Assembly (NCBI GenBank): GCA_051362555.1
Contig: CM120647.1
Coordinates: 19,692,651 to 19,756,650, forward strand
Source of the DNA: Lingula anatina
Taxonomy: Eukaryota > Animalia > Brachiopoda
Length of the DNA stretch: 64,000 bases
Direction: 5' to 3'
The number at the start of each line of letters is the position of its first letter. The first letter of the stretch is position 1. Below, piece by piece: positions 52,066 through 64,000 of the stretch. The notes under the pieces are model-generated. The model worked only from the letters and a program-made list of their open reading frames with translations. It was not told the origin of the DNA and searched no databases. The position numbers were made by a program, and so were the translations under genes.

Positions 52066-52966
52066 GCCCTCCACAATATGAAAAAATTTAGGGGCCCTTT
52101 TTATGCTAGGTTCTAAATATGTAAATACGTATACACTGTACAAAACAAAACAAAGTAAAAAGAATTAACTTGTATATTTGTTTAAGAGAAAGAGAGAGAG
52201 AGGTAGCAAGCAAATGAAACGTACACAATTCAGTGACACCATTATTTTTTGGACGTAAACTCTACTAGTATAAAATCATGATTAATGACTTGAGCGCATT
52301 TTAATCATTCGATATTAGGGATACTGTGGAACTCGAAATGTCCCTTTATCAGTTTGAACATGCGGTAATATAGAATTTCCAGGCTCTGACCCTGACGCCG
52401 ACAAATCTAAGGTTGAAGGAGGAGATTTTTTCCAAGTCCTACCTCTCCCACCCAGACATACGAACAATTCGTTTTATGTACTTGTTATCAGATGAATCTC
52501 TGGAATTTACCAATAAGCTTTTTGATCCACAATTATTACTAATATAAACGCTGGTAGTCAATAATTTTAATTATTTAAAAATTTAAAAATCACTGATGTG
52601 ACGAAAGCTTACCCGTAAAAGCTTTTCGATGATTTCATATCTTCAGGTATGCACTTTTAAACATATGGCACAGGAAAGATACTAACACTAGAAAAAAAAA
52701 ACTTTCTGGTAACATATAAAACGATGTACTCGGTAAACTGTAATTGCACCCCATGAGGGAGGTGAACGTTTTTCCTTATGTTTATATTTAATTGAATCAA
52801 ACTCCCAGTTAGAGCTTAGGCAGTTTTTTTTTTCAACTATAACTGGTTTTCTTAAATGATGTATTTATAGATAAACCATACAAAAAAGGCAATTCTAAAA
52901 GATCCAAATGAATATCACGATTTATGGCACATTCAGTCCTTTCTATATGAACTCTGAGCCTTTCTC

Positions 52967-53004
<38 letters not shown>

Positions 53005-53204
53005 ATCCAAATTAGAGGAGATAAAAGTTTAAAACAAAGTTTGAATAAATCTTGATCGTTTATAGACAATTCAACTTGATGCATTAACTGAGCTAAGTTT
53101 TCATAGTAGTTCAAGAAAAACAACATGCTGTAGATTAAAGCTGAAAGGAAGAGAAGAATTTGAGAACTGGATGCATTAGGGAGATATTATCTCAATGTAG
53201 TGAT

Positions 53205-53330
53205 TGAAAACGACCTCACATTTCACATAGCCTGAAATCTGTTTCATCGTATTTCTGAGAAGGCAACTCTAGACGAAATCAAAGTGCATGCGGCGACCTC
53301 ACCTGTTAGAAGTGAGTTAGGTTTTGAAAT
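53205..53330 (+). repeat. Local dispersed repeat; second copy at about 54345-54465
   Basis: Shared atagcctgaaatctgtttcatc...tagacgaaatcaaagtg...acctcacct. Each copy lies downstream of a (CT)n tract. Confidence 0.65.
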
Positions 53331-54181
53331 CGTGCTGATGTCGAAGACAATTAATATGCCATTGTCAATTAACGAGTAGTAATGTATAATTTATTGCAGA
53401 CGTGTCGTGTAACAAAAATGGACCCCAGAACCATCATACAGCATAACGCTTTAATTTTTTTTTTCTTTTTTTTGCACTGAAGCTAACAAAAAATAAGTAA
53501 TAACTGTAAATACTGTCGTCGGTCATTTACAGCGATCTAATATATAGTCGTATAAAATGAACCAAAGCCCTATGACTTCATTTTTGTTTTTTCTGCATGC
53601 AGTCGAAATTTTGCAACTTGTTGTATAAAATGAGCTGTCTTAAGTTAAAAGATAATTTGGAATTCGATATTAGTTTTCAGAATAACAACAACATTTGGAT
53701 TCTGTCTTACTTATCTGCAACATTACTTAGACCATTAGGGTATTCGATGCTTTTGTAGTTTCTATGTATATGATGTACGTTGGGTCTTTTTATAGCAAAA
53801 TAAACTCAGCAATTATCCTTTTTATCAGAATATTATATCCTGTAAATAATATAAGTGGTAATTTTGTCAAAAGTTTAAGATATGGTGCATATACAGCTAT
53901 TCCGTGGCGACAAAGGAAAAAGTGCTGAAATATTTAAATTCAAGATTGCAATTGAAGATGACACGCTTGTTACTATTTTACGTAAAATTCAGTGCTTACC
54001 TAAAATATTTAAAAATCAGTTTATTTGAAATCAATTTAAAATAATGTATTTAGTGAACAACGTGCTGATTTTATTAAATTCCCCTCTATTCAATATTACT
54101 GACACTATTTTTGTAACATTAATTTCATTCATTTTTAAAAGACTGCGAACTCACGCTACTCACTTAGCCTCTTCGGGTCTC

Positions 54182-54224
<43 letters not shown>

Positions 54225-55487
54225 GACTTTAGAGGGGTAAGGCATAACTTTTGCTCATGATTTAAGTCGCGACGAATCGACTTGAGAATTTGAGACATTA
54301 TCGTGTTCTTGGGGATATCACGTAGACGTCTTGATTGTAAACAACTTAACATTTCAAATAGCCTGAAATCTGTTTCATCAAACTTCCGAGAAGTCAACCC
54401 TAGACGAAATCAAAGTGTATACATCTACCTCACCTCTTAAAAGTTCAGTTAGGTTATGAACTCATGTTTCAGTCTGTGACAATAAGCCTTAGTGTGTTAT
54501 TGTCATGCAGTTAAAGGTTAGTAAAATAAAGTTTTGTTTATCCCTTAACTTGCGTAGGCCTCCAAACCTACAGCGTTGTTTAGCGTTACATTTACAATGC
54601 ATCCAATCAAACCAATATCTGTTCACATTAAAGATAAAACGCTGCAAATAGTTCACGACTGTAAATCGTGATGTCCAAAGTTTACACAGGTATGACATTC
54701 AAAGTGATATGGATTTTATCAAAGCTTTAGGAATCCATTTTGTTTTCTCGTCATTTCACAGAAAGTTTATTATTTATATAGGACTTGGAAGGATTGAATA
54801 AAATCAGTTAGTTGGTAATTGTTTAAAACTTGTTTACGACTAAATACCTGGCTGATTTATTAAGAATGTATCATTAATATGACGGATAATTTTTTCTCTG
54901 CATTTCACGGATAGTAAGTATAATAGAAAGCTCCTTCAATCACAACACTAGCACGTGCTTATGTTTATTGTCTTTTTCAAGGAAACGTAGGGGTAAAACT
55001 TTCCTAGAACCCCAACAAAGAAACTGCGATGAAATGTGATTCATAGAATCAGATAGTCATCGAAATTACTTGAAAAGTGACTACACAAATGGTATATAAG
55101 AGAGATGGATTGGCTACTTAGCCATCATCTTCAATATCGCAAGACGATAGAGACACCCGGCCGAAAATACCAGCGCCAGACGTCCCTTGTTAAAGGTGAG
55201 AGTTTATTTCGTGTTCGTATGTTTTTTTTTAATTGTGAATCACACTTGTAGCACTTGATTTTATTAATTTCTAAAATATTACAAAAGCATCAAGCAACTA
55301 AAAATAGTAACCTGCAGCAAAATACGTCTCAAAGATTTTTCTCAAAGTCCGTTTATATTTTGTGTCAGAATAACTAAATTTTTTGCAACGAATTAAGTTG
55401 CTAAACTGATGTTCCGGTAAGTAAAGTGCCACTTGGACAATTATTTTTCGCTCGCTTCCTTTTAATAAAATAAAATATGCTTATTGG

Positions 55488-55563
<76 letters not shown>

Positions 55564-55714
55564 GTGACTATGTTAAAATTTAATTGAAACAAGGTCCCAT
55601 TCAGAGCTTAGGCATTTTTAAAATTGTAACTGGTTTCTCAATCCCGTCTGACCTTGAAATAGTATAAGAAAATTTGACAAAGATACAACTTAAGTTCACT
55701 TTACGACCAGGCAC

Positions 55715-55843
55715 ACAAAATATATATATTGCTGTATACTGCCATGTAATTAAGACAAAATATATGTATTGTTTTATACTGGCATTTAATTAAGACAAAA
55801 TATATGTATTGCTGTATACTGCCATGTAATTAAGACAAAATAG
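55715..55843 (+). repeat. 42-bp minisatellite, 3 copies
   Basis: Unit approximately acaaaatatatgtattgctgtatactgccatgtaattaag. Confidence 0.8.
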
Positions 55844-56644
55844 AGGCGTTTGCCTTTTAAAATAGGGTTAATCTGAATTGCAGTCAGGTTTTAAAACAAG
55901 AAAACGTGACAAAATGTTTTCTTCGACCTCTGATAATCAAAATGTTTGGGAAGCAAGCAATATGGTCACCTGCCTTGCAATTTTTTTTACAACTTAACGA
56001 ATGACTTCGTTGCCGATTTGATTTTCTTTATCAGTAAATGTATGAAGTATTTGATTTTATAGCAAACTTTCAATGCATTCCTTAAGGAAAAAAACGAACC
56101 CAAGGTATTCCTTCTAAAGCATTTAAAAAAGAAAGAAGCATATGTCTCAGATTTTTGATGTGTTTTTAATTACCTAAGATACACCAATTAACACTGTCAC
56201 CACTTCAATTACTGAAACACTAAGAGTGCATTCCAGGAGATTTAGATCGATCCATCTGGATCGAACTAACTCCCTGGGGGTTCACGCTAGATTGCAGTCA
56301 GCCGAGATCGCACGACAGTTAATTACCCCCTTACAGCTTTTAGTAGGCGGGACAGACATTTAAGCCGGTTAAGCTGACACCAATCTAGTGAGACTCCCCG
56401 GGGGGATAGATCGATCTAAATATCTATGGAAATGGGGTCTAAGACAAAGCTTGGATCTAACGAATAAATAGGTTCTAATTAGTTTTGACACTAGCATACC
56501 TGAAAATCTCTCTCCAAGAAAACATATTAGGCGCTATATCTATTTGTTATAAAATTATGATATGAAATAAGTAGCTGTTGAAATAATCTTTTTTTCTGAT
56601 ATACCACAAGCTGGTATCTGTCTGCACATTGAAATGCTATTTAA

Positions 56645-57328
56645 GGGGGAATGTACCCAAACAGGGCTAAAAATCACGTTTATATAGATTAAAACAACAG
56701 TAAGTCTTTAAAGAAAAATGCCCGAATCCCTTTTGTAGTACTTTGTTCAAGCATCATAATACCATCAAAAGCATGTTTATAGCTGTCCAGGTGACTGAGA
56801 AAATCAGGAAACCAAAAAACATGTTTTTGCCCCCAAATTACCAATATTACGTCACACGATGAACTTGGAGCTGTGTTTCAAGCAAAATTAGATGTTTTGA
56901 AGATACATTAAATTGAATGCAACAGGAATAAAAAAGCTAAGACCTTTAATTTAAGATAAAATCTCCAAACTGCAGTCCTAACTTAAAAACTAAATGCACA
57001 GGAAAATGGCTTCACGAGGATTTAAACCCCTCAGATGAGTAGGAAGTGAATGGGGAGTTTGAAAAGTCATCTTACAGGTAGATAATGACAGCTCAGTTTG
57101 ATAGCTTTTGAGAGATTTAAATTAAAACATACTGGCTCCCACCCTGTGAGACAGAATCGGCAACATTTACGTCACTCGACCACGTGACCGTGTAGCTCAT
57201 TTACAGTTAGATCCATCAAAAGGAATACATTTTTAAAGCTCGGTATCTACAAAATGAACTTTCATTTTGTATATTTTGATTTAAAAAAAAGCATTAGTTT
57301 GGCATGTTTTCTAAAGGACATGCTCCAT
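56645..57328. mobile_element. Possible non-autonomous TTAA-flanked (Kolobok-like) element
   Basis: TTAA-GGGGGAATGT...ACATGCTCCAT-TTAA; the short TIRs are imperfect. Confidence 0.35.
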
Positions 57329-57627
57329 TTAAGCTATTCAGAATGTCTGTCTCTTATCATATTTTGAACTATTAAAATATTCATGTTCTTTCTAAGTCAC
57401 TTACCGAGATGTTCTCCATACCGGTATTGTGATTACATTATATAAATATAAGAACAAAATATAAGTCTAATTGTAAAGCGGTTCATTTTGATATTAACTT
57501 TCTGTATGAAATTTATGTGTCACAATTAAAATTCAGTGGTGCTTTATACATGTATATCATATGACTTACGGAAAATACTTTTTTCAGTATAAATACGGGC
57601 AGTTGTAAAAGATATTGCTGAATCAAC

Positions 57628-58273
57628 ATGAAAACCACGTTGTTGGGGTAAGTATTTCACATTTGTAACCTGCGACTCATTGTTGTCAATTTTTCTTAAG
57701 CCTCTGTCTGTATAGGCCTACCATAAAAACGTAGAAACTTAGTGAGCATTATAATTCGAACTACTGTGCGTTATCGATGTATTTTTTTAACTTTATTTTA
57801 TTTTATATATTATTTAATTTAATTATTTATTTTTTGTGTGAATCAATACTTGTTTAACATGGAAAGTGAACTTTGAAACAATTGTACTAGTGAAAGAAGT
57901 GTCTGGCGTCTTTTGAAATCCTGCCGTCACCTCAATGTCCTGACGCTGACCTGACAATGATAATGGTGACTTGTCCAAGTCCATTTCTATTTTAACATAC
58001 TGTTGCGATGTGATAGCCACTCTGAGCAAATTTGTTTACGTTTCAGATTGTTCTTTGTTCTGACCATCACGTCAGGGTATGTCTTAAGTGAGGCTGTCAA
58101 GCTGACAGGTATGTAACCACAGATATAGTACAGAGATCGTATTTAGCCTATATATTTTACATGTATGTTATCCGAGAAAACAATGAAAATCCGTTTAAAT
58201 GGAGTTTGCTTTGAAATAAATGTTAGACATTTTGGTCTTATAGATAATTCAACTACACACAAACAACAACAAC

Positions 58274-58318
<45 letters not shown>

Positions 58319-58885
58319 CATTTTTTCTGTCTTTAATGTAGCATTCAAATCTACCATTTTTAATTCAGATGCAGAAAATGCCGTAGAAAAGACTAAGGAA
58401 GTCCACGTCTCAAAACGGTAAGTCTTTCTTGGGTGTCTCTGAGACGTGAAGTATCTGCATTTCAATCCCATTCTCATCATTTTTGTGTGACCTCGTGTTA
58501 CTGATTGCGCATCACACACATCTCACCTAACATATTTTGACGCAAATAAAGAAAGAAAGAAAGAAAGAACGAAAGAAAGAAAGAAAAAAGTACATGAAAC
58601 TCGAAGCGATAGAAAATTAATCTCGAGAGCTACTGTCTTTGTTCATATTTATCCTTTAGAAGAAATAACAGACATTAATTATTAAAAGATTGTACATCAG
58701 AAAACCAGCCAAACTGCAGACGATGCAACAAGGTGGGGGTCAATGGATTTGGTGTATTTGATCATCTGAACAATACCTGAAGTTGCAATATTTCCCAAAA
58801 TAGATCCCTATTTAAAGAGATATAGTCAGTGGCATTTTGGGGGTCAATCAACCAAAAATTAAGCTGAAAAACAGAGCAATTTGGA

Positions 58886-58946
<61 letters not shown>

Positions 58947-61900
58947 TGACATCACAAAACAAAACATACATTTTCACACTAAACGCATATTACAACATAT
59001 ATGCAACAGACAAACTAGCATACAGTAGTCTCATTGGACATTAACAGCACAAGGGAGTGACAGAATACGTTGCACAAAATAACAGAAGTTAATAGTATAC
59101 AATACACATAACACAAACTGATTAACATCGTAACATATAAACAAAACAAACCAGATTATTATCATATATGAGTCACACCGGATTCAACATATTACTAACG
59201 TACCATTTATACCACAGTCACAATATATATTATTATACCGATTGTCGGGAATAACAGAAAGCATCACTCACATGATCATACAGAACAAATAAGCGTACAA
59301 TAGTCTTCACTTAGCTGTGAGCTCAGGTACACATAACAAGTTGCTACACATAACACGAACTGATTAACATATATGGTAACATATAAACAAACAAACCAGC
59401 TATTATCATATATAAGTCACACCAGATTCTACATATTACTAACGTACCATTTTTACCACAGTCACAACATATGTTATTATGCCGATTGTCGGGAATAACG
59501 GAAAGTATCACTCACTTACATGATCATACAGAACAAATAAGCGTACAATAATCTCCACTCAGCTGTGAACTCAGGTACACATAACAAGTTGCTACACATT
59601 ACATAACCAACATATAACAAGTATCCATGAACAGTCTGGTGCAACACCAAAGACTGACAGTACAGACTATCGAGATGTGAACTTAGGTACGCAAAGATAT
59701 TAGACATGCACAATTGGCTATGACTCCAAACAGTAAGAGATTGTCATACATTTACACTCGACACGTATTGTATCATTCTAAGCAAGTCTAAGTATTAAAT
59801 TGTGCAAGCAAACGTACATGGCCTTAAGGTGGTCCGAATTCTGTACCGAGTCCAGATATTTTTTAGCAAATTCAACAAAAGAAATAAGTAATAATTGTTT
59901 GTTTCTGCACCTAAAGCTGTAGATATAGTATTTGATTAACATATTTAGGACATTATACGAATCTTTATTATTTTCATTTTTGTCAAGAATTCCAAATATA
60001 AATGTTTTTTTCTCTAAAGTCATATTCAGCTTGTCTTTGATTACATTTAAAAAGGTTTCAGTTACAGAACAATCCCATAGTACATGAATAATTGTCTCCG
60101 TCTCTTTCTCGCACCTTTTACAAAGGGGGGTGTTAACTAAACCAGTTTTTGCAAGATAACTATTTGTCGGTAATATATGTTGATTTATTTTATACTGGAA
60201 CCATTTAAATTTAGGACTGATAGGAAGGTTGAAAGGCAGTTTATTTATTAGAGACCATTCTTTGTCATTAATATCAAACAATTTATTCCAATTTATTTTG
60301 CCCTTTGAAATAGAAGCATTCTTACTAAGAATTTTATAAAAATCTTGGCAGCCCTTCTTACTTTTAAAGAAGATACTTAAATACTCTGGGAGTTTAGGGA
60401 GCATTACTTCAGATTCGTTTATATCATGCAATTTCAAGTATCGCTTAATAATGCTTACCACCCCTTGATATTCTAGGAAGTTGGTCTGAATGCCATATCG
60501 CTTATTTATTTCTTCTTGTGAAAAAAAGGTAATTGTTTTAGTGTCTTTTATAAAGTCCCTTATTGTAGATATACCTTTATTAAACCAGTGCTTATAGTAT
60601 ATTACCTTACTGTCTACTTTTAGGGCTTCGTTATACCAGACAGGGGTGTCCAAAACGGGCTTGTTTTTCCCCCTTAACTTGTCTTCCTTAACCCTGAGTT
60701 CTTTCCATGCAAGTAACACATCCCCCCAGAACCGGTTTCTGCAAACTTTTAGACATTTATTCAAATACTCATTACCACCCACTGACAAAAGTTCAAAATT
60801 TAGATATTTAGCTACGATAATTTGCCATTTTTTCCTTTTTGTATAAATACGTCTAATCCATGTTAATTTTAGTGATGATATCAGTGAAGGCAAGTGTGTC
60901 ATTTTGATACCACCTTCATCGTAATTTTTAATAATTATATCCCGCTTAACTTTATCGATCTTTGAGTTCCACAAAAAGTGGAAGAGGTCACTCTGAAGGT
61001 CATTGATAAACCTTTGACTAGGATTCGGTAAGGATATAAACAAGTGATTTAATTGGGAAATTATTAAGGATTTTATAATTATACACTTGCCGATGGGGGT
61101 GATCATTCTTCTGTTCCATCCATTAAGAATAGACTTAATTTTTACTAATTTCTTATCGAAATTAAGTTTGGGGATTTGAAATAGATTAACATGAAATTCA
61201 ATTCCCAAAAGATTAAACTGGTGCTTTCCCCAATCAAGATGCATATGTGGCAAAAATTTTAAATTACTGAACTTCATACGTCCTATCCATACTATTTTTG
61301 TTTTATCTTTGTTTATTTTCAACCCTGATATTTTTGAAAATTTCTCTAATTCAATCATAAGTTCGGATAAAGACTTTTCTGAGCCATCAAGCATCACAGT
61401 CGTATCGTCTGCGTATTGGGTTAATAAAATGGGGGCGTCATCAATAGTGATACTTTTTATATTTTTGTTATTCTTAAGTATTATTGAGAGTATTTCTGCG
61501 CATAAAATAAACAAATAGGGGGCTATTGGGTCTCCCTGCCTGCAACCTCTTTTAATGTAAAAGGACTCTGAGAGATTGCCTCCTTGATTTATTGTTGCTT
61601 GTGCACCCTTATTAAAAATATTTATCCATTTAATAATACTTTCACCAAAATTAAAAAAAACTAGTACCCTGTCAATAAATTTCCACGACACAGCGTCAAA
61701 GGCCTTTTCGAAATCTAATAGCACTAACATTCCAGGAATATCGTTATCTTCTGTGTATTGCATAATATCGTATACAGTACGGATACTTTCCCCGATGTAT
61801 CTCCCGGATATGAAACCGCATTGATCGTCTGAAATAAGTTTGCCCAGGTATTTCTTGACTCTGGATGCTATGACTCCGGAGGCTATTTTATAGGTAACGT

Positions 61901-63364
61901 TTAACAAAGAGATCGGTCTCCAGTTTTTCAAGTATTGCTTGGGCTTTTCACCCTTAGGGAGACACGTAATTATACTTTGTCGCTGTGTAATTGAAAGCTG
62001 GCCAGTCGAGTAACCCCAGTTTATGGATCTAACAACAAAATTGCCGAGCTGTGACCAGAATACCTTGAAGAATTCGACAGTGAACCCATCCGAGCCTGGA
62101 CTCTTATTACTTTTCATTTTTTTCAGAATTTGGGAGGCTTCATTTAGACTAATTATACCCTCTAGTTCACTTGACTCAACGTCTGTGAGCCTCAATGGAT
62201 AATTGTGCGGTAAAATTGTGCTTAAGTCAACATCAATCACTTCATTAGACTCTGCAAATAACTGTTCGTAGTAGCATTTAATTTCTTTTAAAATTAATGT
62301 TTGGGTAGTAATTTCTTCTCCGTTATCTTTAACTATCTTGGGTATTATTTTTGAAGTGAAATTTCGGTTTTCTAGGTTTAAAAAATATTCAGTGGGTTTT
62401 TCACCCTCTTCCAGCCACTTTGTCCTGGATCTTATCATACTACCCCTTATTTTATTTTCCCTGATGTATTTTAGTTCCTCTTGTAATCTCTCTATATTAT
62501 TTGCGTTTAGATTGTAATTTCTCTCCAAATTACTTATTTCTGTTATCAATTTTTTTTCTCTGTCATCAACTAGTTTTTTCTTATAAGATGAAACGGAAAT
62601 GGTTTTGCCCCTGATATGCCTTACTGTTTATACAAGTGCAACAAAGTGATTTAGTTTGGTGATGCTTTAAAACGTAAGGATAGGGGATTAAAATGAGATA
62701 CCGCATATTGACATTGTTTGTTTCTATGGCAAAGAAACGATTTTTTTTTCTACGGGCTACGAATCCCACCCTATTTGAACACCTCCTTCTATGTTTGTCA
62801 ATATCTTCATCTTCATCGATGGATTTGGAGGAAAGTAGAGTTAGAAATAATGACAAACTATAGCGAGTGCGGTGCAACAACCAATAAAATATATCCATGG
62901 ATATTCTTATGATTATTTTTCTCTTAATTGTTGTCTTTTGTCCAACAGTGCGCACTCACCATGTTAACTTTTATATTATTGTCTGGGTTGACATTTCCGT
63001 TACACGCATTCTCGCCCGTTTTAAGCTATCTCGAATGATATCCATCGGACTATGATCCTATCATATTAGGACCGTTGCTGAATGCTATATTCTTATTTGT
63101 AGTGCCTTCACCGGCGTGGTGCTCCGTGGTGCTCTCAGAGCCCTAAGGTCAAGGCCGGCGCGGGCCGTGTTGCGCAAACTGGCCCAATACTACGGGAAGA
63201 GAAGCAACGTGTACGAGATCATTGAGGTTATAGAAGAAGTGGCCAGAATAGTTGGAAGATATGATAGGGCGTTCTCCAGTCATTTCATGGACGCGGCTGT
63301 GCGGCTCGGTTTTAGCCGTGACTTTGGCCTGGCGGTATACAACCTTGTCTATTGGCTGATATAG
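57628..63364 (+). CDS. Secreted prepropeptide copy 2 (130 aa)
   Basis: Exons 57628-57647, 58047-58108, 58369-58417, 63103-63364, with the same phases as copy 1 and identical lengths for exons 1, 2 and 4. Translation: MKTTLLGLFFVLTITSGYVLSEAVKLTDAENAVEKTKEVHVSKR-AFTGVVLRGALRALRSRPARAVLRKLAQYY-GKR-SNVYEIIEVIEEVARIVGRYDRAFSSHFMDAAVRLGFSRDFGLAVYNLVYWLI*. Confidence 0.85.
58892..62612 (-). mobile_element. 5'-truncated Tx1/L1-clade LINE retrotransposon
   Basis: 53-nt poly(A) (T run 58892-58944) that begins with AATAAA. TSD GATATGCC(TT) at 58884 and 62613. Contains an uninterrupted RT ORF2 fragment. Confidence 0.93.
59778..62612 (-). CDS. LINE ORF2 fragment: reverse transcriptase plus C-terminal zinc-binding (zf-RVT) region; endonuclease domain lost by truncation
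   Basis: Motifs KSPGSDG, NWRPISLLN, LDFEKAFD, GCRQGDP, QYADD and CKRC...ETIIHVLWDC. The frame is open from the 5' junction (RGKTISVSSYKKK) to the stop at 59778. Confidence 0.9.
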   Translation of the reverse strand, partial: RGKTISVSSYKKKLVDDREKKLITEISNLERNYNLNANNIERLQEELKYIRENKIRGSMIRSRTKWLEEGEKPTEYFLNLENRNFTSKIIPKIVKDNGEEITTQTLILKEIKCYYEQLFAESNEVIDVDLSTILPHNYPLRLTDVESSELEGIISLNEASQILKKMKSNKSPGSDGFTVEFFKVFWSQLGNFVVRSINWGYSTGQLSITQRQSIITCLPKGEKPKQYLKNWRPISLLNVTYKIASGVIASRVKKYLGKLISDDQCGFISGRYIGESIRTVYDIMQYTEDNDIPGMLVLLDFEKAFDAVSWKFIDRVLVFFNFGESIIKWINIFNKGAQATINQGGNLSESFYIKRGCRQGDPIAPYLFILCAEILSIILKNNKNIKSITIDDAPILLTQYADDTTVMLDGSEKSLSELMIELEKFSKISGLKINKDKTKIVWIGRMKFSNLKFLPHMHLDWGKHQFNLLGIEFHVNLFQIPKLNFDKKLVKIKSILNGWNRRMITPIGKCIIIKSLIISQLNHLFISLPNPSQRFINDLQSDLFHFLWNSKIDKVKRDIIIKNYDEGGIKMTHLPSLISSLKLTWIRRIYTKRKKWQIIVAKYLNFELLSVGGNEYLNKCLKVCRNRFWGDVLLAWKELRVKEDKLRGKNKPVLDTPVWYNEALKVDSKVIYYKHWFNKGISTIRDFIKDTKTITFFSQEEINKRYGIQTNFLEYQGVVSIIKRYLKLHDINESEVMLPKLPEYLSIFFKSKKGCQDFYKILSKNASISKGKINWNKLFDINDKEWSLINKLPFNLPISPKFKWFQYKINQHILPTNSYLAKTGLVNTPLCKRCEKETETIIHVLWDCSVTETFLNVIKDKLNMTLEKKTFIFGILDKNENNKDSYNVLNMLIKYYIYSFRCRNKQLLLISFVEFAKKYLDSVQNSDHLKAMYVCLHNLILRLA

Positions 63365-64000
63365 ATAGAGTTGGCTGCAGTACTGTAGTCCTGCGATATA
63401 TTCAACCGACAGGCACCTATCTGTTCAATTGAACCATTAAACTCGCTTACTTGTAGTTAAAATTATGTTCTAGTTACATGTACTTGTACAAGTCGACTTG
63501 AATATTAGAATAAAACTTCTAGCATGCAAAATGATGAAAATGTGCATGATAATTTCTGCAAAAATACAGTAGGTATCGAGGAAAGTTGGTCTAAATTTTT
63601 AGTCTGTTTTGAGCAAAGTTAAATCAGTACTACATGTAGTCAACTGAAATGGAATGCCTGTACTATAAATAGAGAGATGACTGACCAAAAAGTCACTTGA
63701 ATATATAGACTATTTCCGTTTTTTACCAAAATTATGATTTAAAAGTTACGACCAAATTCAGTGTTATTTATTTATTTATTAGTTATTGAAAACGATACCA
63801 GCATATATACTAGACCAATAACACGTTGTTCTGCTCTTTTCGAATTAGTTCTTATATCATAACGTAAATTCTAATGGCCAATTTACGAAATCATCCGCTG
63901 TTTGATAACTATCAGAGTTTTTCGTCTTTTGTAGTTTTCTCACAATCAAATAATCTCACTTACCTCATTTAGTTTATTAAACTGTCAATTAGAAAATGTC

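Overview
AT-rich, intron-containing animal genomic DNA (GT-AG introns, microsatellites, LINE and DNA transposons; probably an invertebrate such as a lophotrochozoan, which is inference). Gene models were spliced by hand with reading phase checked at each junction. In order: the last 12 exons of an uncharacterised gene with a His/Cys-rich C-terminus (2392-9903 +); three Golgi carbohydrate-sulfotransferase paralogues (11.3-23.5 kb); two compact DEG/ENaC channel genes plus a decayed third fragment (24.9-36.4 kb -); a Cys-rich, lysine-free gene that the ORF track largely misses (38.8-41.7 kb -); the catalytic exon of a dual-specificity phosphatase (45.8-46.4 kb +); and two tandem 4-exon genes for small secreted prepropeptides (47974-50730 and 57628-63364 +). 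The prepropeptide pair is the best novelty candidate. Its layout is signal peptide / acidic pro-piece / KR / 30-aa +7 amphipathic peptide / GKR amidation site / conserved hydrophobic 53-aa tail. The tandem-duplication junction is visible, and a young 5'-truncated Tx1/L1-type LINE with target-site duplication (TSD) sits in intron 3 of copy 2. Several MITE-type elements, a 2.2-kb TGT...ACA foldback element, a Tc1 fragment and tRNA-derived SINE-like repeats are also present. No database searches were run.
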